Assembly: GCA_048938895.1 (NCBI GenBank) | Contig: JBHLLU010000030.1 | Span: 1-51,845 of the forward strand | Source of the DNA: Promethearchaeota archaeon | GTDB taxonomy: Archaea; Asgardarchaeota; Lokiarchaeia; Sigyniarchaeales; SOKP01 | Reading direction: 5' to 3' | Length of the DNA: 51,845 bases | Shown: in pieces, positions 49,649-51,845 of the stretch | Numbering within the stretch: the stretch's first letter is position 1 | How the letters are laid out: every line of letters starts with the position of its first letter | Translations under genes and position numbers: made by a program | Notes under the pieces: generated by a model | What the model saw: the letters and a program-made list of their open reading frames with translations, nothing else | Told to the model about the DNA's origin: nothing | The model's database searches: none

Positions 49649-50683
49649 ATGAAAACTGAACTAATTTATGTTGATAAAAGATCGGGAATACCTCTATATG
49701 GAATAGATTTTATAGGAGTAATTGACCGGGGAACAAATGTAATTGAATTAAAACCTCTAACATTATGCAATTTAAAATGTAAGTATTGTTTTGTAAGTGC
49801 AGGGGATTATACAACTAATTTTATGGTCGATCCTTATTACCTAATCAATAAAGTAGATGCAATAATTGAAAATAAAGGAAGATATAACATAGAAATCCAT
49901 ATTGCACCGTATGGAGAAATTCTTTTATATCCTAAAATGATTGAATTAATAGATAACCTCTGGAAGATTAAAGGAGTTGAAATTATTTCTATGCAGTCAA
50001 ATGGTTTGCTCCTTAATCAGGAGATCATTAAAAAGCTCGAAGAAATAAGATTAACACGTATTAATATTAGCCTTAATTCTCTTAATCAAGAAAAACTTGG
50101 CTACTTGTCGAATTCAAATAATTTCGATATCACATTTCTTGTCAAAAATATAAGAACTCTTCTAAACACTAAAATAAATGTATTATTAGCTCCTGTGTGG
50201 TTCCCAGGAGAAAATGACGAAGATATCGAAGAAATTATTAAATTTATAATTGAATTAAGAGAGCAGGGTTATTCAAAAGAAAAAATTCAGATTGGAATTC
50301 AGAAATATTTGATTTATAAAACAGGAAGAAAATTAAAAAAAATAAGACCAAAAAGTTGGGGTTATTTCTATAAACAACTGACTAGATTAGAGAGAAAATA
50401 TAAAATAAAACTAAAACTTGGACCCAAAGACTTTCATATTCATAAGCGGAAAAAGGTAATACCATCAAATATCCAAAAGAATGATTTGATATCCCTTACA
50501 ATTGTTTCGAAGGGACGATGGAAGAATGAATACATTGGAAAAATTGATGAAAATCATGGAATAAAAGTACTTATTAATGACCCATTAATCATTTCTGAAA
50601 ATATTATTAGTAAGAATATCACAGCAAGAGTCATTAAAGCCAACTATAAAGATAACATTTTAACCGCAGTATTTCCAATATAA
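49649..50683 (+). CDS. Radical SAM protein (archaeal family with C-terminal beta domain)
   Basis: IPLYG...GVIDRGTN, CNLKCKYC, SMQSNG, RINISL. Confidence 0.9.
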   Translation: MKTELIYVDKRSGIPLYGIDFIGVIDRGTNVIELKPLTLCNLKCKYCFVSAGDYTTNFMVDPYYLINKVDAIIENKGRYNIEIHIAPYGEILLYPKMIELIDNLWKIKGVEIISMQSNGLLLNQEIIKKLEEIRLTRINISLNSLNQEKLGYLSNSNNFDITFLVKNIRTLLNTKINVLLAPVWFPGENDEDIEEIIKFIIELREQGYSKEKIQIGIQKYLIYKTGRKLKKIRPKSWGYFYKQLTRLERKYKIKLKLGPKDFHIHKRKKVIPSNIQKNDLISLTIVSKGRWKNEYIGKIDENHGIKVLINDPLIISENIISKNITARVIKANYKDNILTAVFPI

Positions 50684-50777
50684 ACTTAAATAGTAAAAAT
50701 GTTATATAAATCAAAATAAATAATCTTTTAAGACATATTTCATAGTTGTATAAAATTTATTGAGAGATTAGATTGAT

Positions 50778-51401
50778 ATGAGTCCAATTATAACCCATGA
50801 AGACGAATTAGAACTAGCAAAAATGGAAAAGGAATTAGTTTCCCAACTCAAAAAACTCTCTAGAGCACAAAGTGCCCTTATAAGTTCTCAAATAAAGTAT
50901 GCAGAAAATATTTCTAAAGCAAATGTGACGAGAGATATGCTTAATCGTACCTTTAGAGATGTTTTAAAACAAATGCAAACCCTTGCTCGAGAACATCGCT
51001 CTAACATTAAGGATGAAGAAGTAAAGCTATTTCAAGAAATTATTAAGGAAAATGATGATTACATTAAAGGTAATAATATGTATTTAAATGCAATTAAAGA
51101 TTTGGCAGTGCAAAAAGAATATTTAGTTGCTAAAAAAGATGAATTTGTAGAAGCTTTGTCTGATGTAGCAAATAAACGATCAACTGTAATTAAGAAGGCC
51201 TTAGATGTTGAAAAAGCAAAAAATAAATTAATTGATGGTGATAGGTTAAATATTCTTGATCAAGAATTAAATGATGTACAAAGAGAATTTGATAGAGCTC
51301 GGGATATCTTTCTTAAGAAAGTATATCAATTTAAAGAAGTCAGAGATGAAATCAATGCTCTATGGCTTAAGCTAAAAGAAACTGTTACAGGATTAAGTTA
51401 A
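50778..51401 (+). CDS. All-helical coiled-coil protein, possibly BAR-like
   Basis: 207 aa, almost no Pro/Gly, continuous amphipathic heptads. Confidence 0.75.
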   Translation: MSPIITHEDELELAKMEKELVSQLKKLSRAQSALISSQIKYAENISKANVTRDMLNRTFRDVLKQMQTLAREHRSNIKDEEVKLFQEIIKENDDYIKGNNMYLNAIKDLAVQKEYLVAKKDEFVEALSDVANKRSTVIKKALDVEKAKNKLIDGDRLNILDQELNDVQREFDRARDIFLKKVYQFKEVRDEINALWLKLKETVTGLS

Positions 51402-51531
51402 AACAATTATATTCTTCTTTTTTTCTGTTAATATCAAAATTTCCTTCTTTTCCATAGACTTAAATTTATTAAATAAAAATCCATATAATTAATAGATAAA
51501 ATGTAATTGAAACTATAAAAATTGAAGAAAA

Positions 51532-51845
51532 ATGTGTGCAGAAGAATTTGCTTCATTTATGGAAAGTACAAGAAAAGCACCAATGGAAGAAAAATTAAAT
51601 GCGTTCGGTGAGATTGTTGAAAAAATTATGCAAATTGTACTAAAAATACCTGATTTAGTTGATCAAAGTCTACAAGGTATTAATACGAAGGTTTCTAACT
51701 TGCAAAATCAAGTAAATGCTGTAAATAGCGAAATTAGCGCTCTTAAATCCCGATCTGGAGGTGCTCCAGCAGCATCTGCATCCGCTATGGGTTCTGCACC
51801 TGGAGGACCCCCTGGTCCCCCTCCAAGAAGCGTTCCGCCAGCACC
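51532..51845 (+). CDS. Coiled-coil protein with Gly/Ala/Pro-rich region (runs off the window)
   Basis: Manual translation MCAEEFASFMESTRKAPMEEKLNAFGEIVEKIMQIVLKIPDLVDQSLQGINTKVSNLQNQVNAVNSEISALKSRSGGAPAASASAMGSAPGGPPGPPPRSVPPA... Confidence 0.8.
   Translation, partial: MCAEEFASFMESTRKAPMEEKLNAFGEIVEKIMQIVLKIPDLVDQSLQGINTKVSNLQNQVNAVNSEISALKSRSGGAPAASASAMGSAPGGPPGPPPRSVPPA

Noticed and set aside
1-51845. CRISPR arrays, transposases, integrases or proviral genes
   Set aside because: No regularly spaced repeats or mobile-element proteins were seen, and no tRNA 3'-end duplication suggesting an att site was noticed.

Overview
AT-rich archaeal chromosomal window. Gene content points to an Asgard archaeon, most likely Lokiarchaeia (inference from Rab-like GTPases, a roadblock-GTPase fusion, a longin protein, unsplit RpoB, PolD and CarS). 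Most of it is core informational and metabolic genes: rpoH-rpoB, cbf5, TFE, MBF1, PAN, NAC, PolD DP1/DP2, Cdc6, NrdD, pelota, RtcB and archease. Main signal: a longin + winged-helix gene (40964-41749, minus strand), truncated in the ORF track, is interrupted by two 30-nt inserts. Each carries an in-frame stop and folds into a bulge-helix-bulge (BHB) motif whose predicted cut sites restore the frame, so they look like tRNA-type introns in an mRNA. The gene lies about 0.5 kb from the rtcB/archease pair. All three tRNA genes carry introns at non-canonical positions, including an apparently nested pair plus a T-loop intron in tRNA-Leu(GAG). Also found: an unannotated 51-aa ORF with a WH2-like motif, a BAR-like helical protein, and a partial coiled-coil/proline-rich protein at the right edge. 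All folds and homologies were judged by eye; no searches were run.
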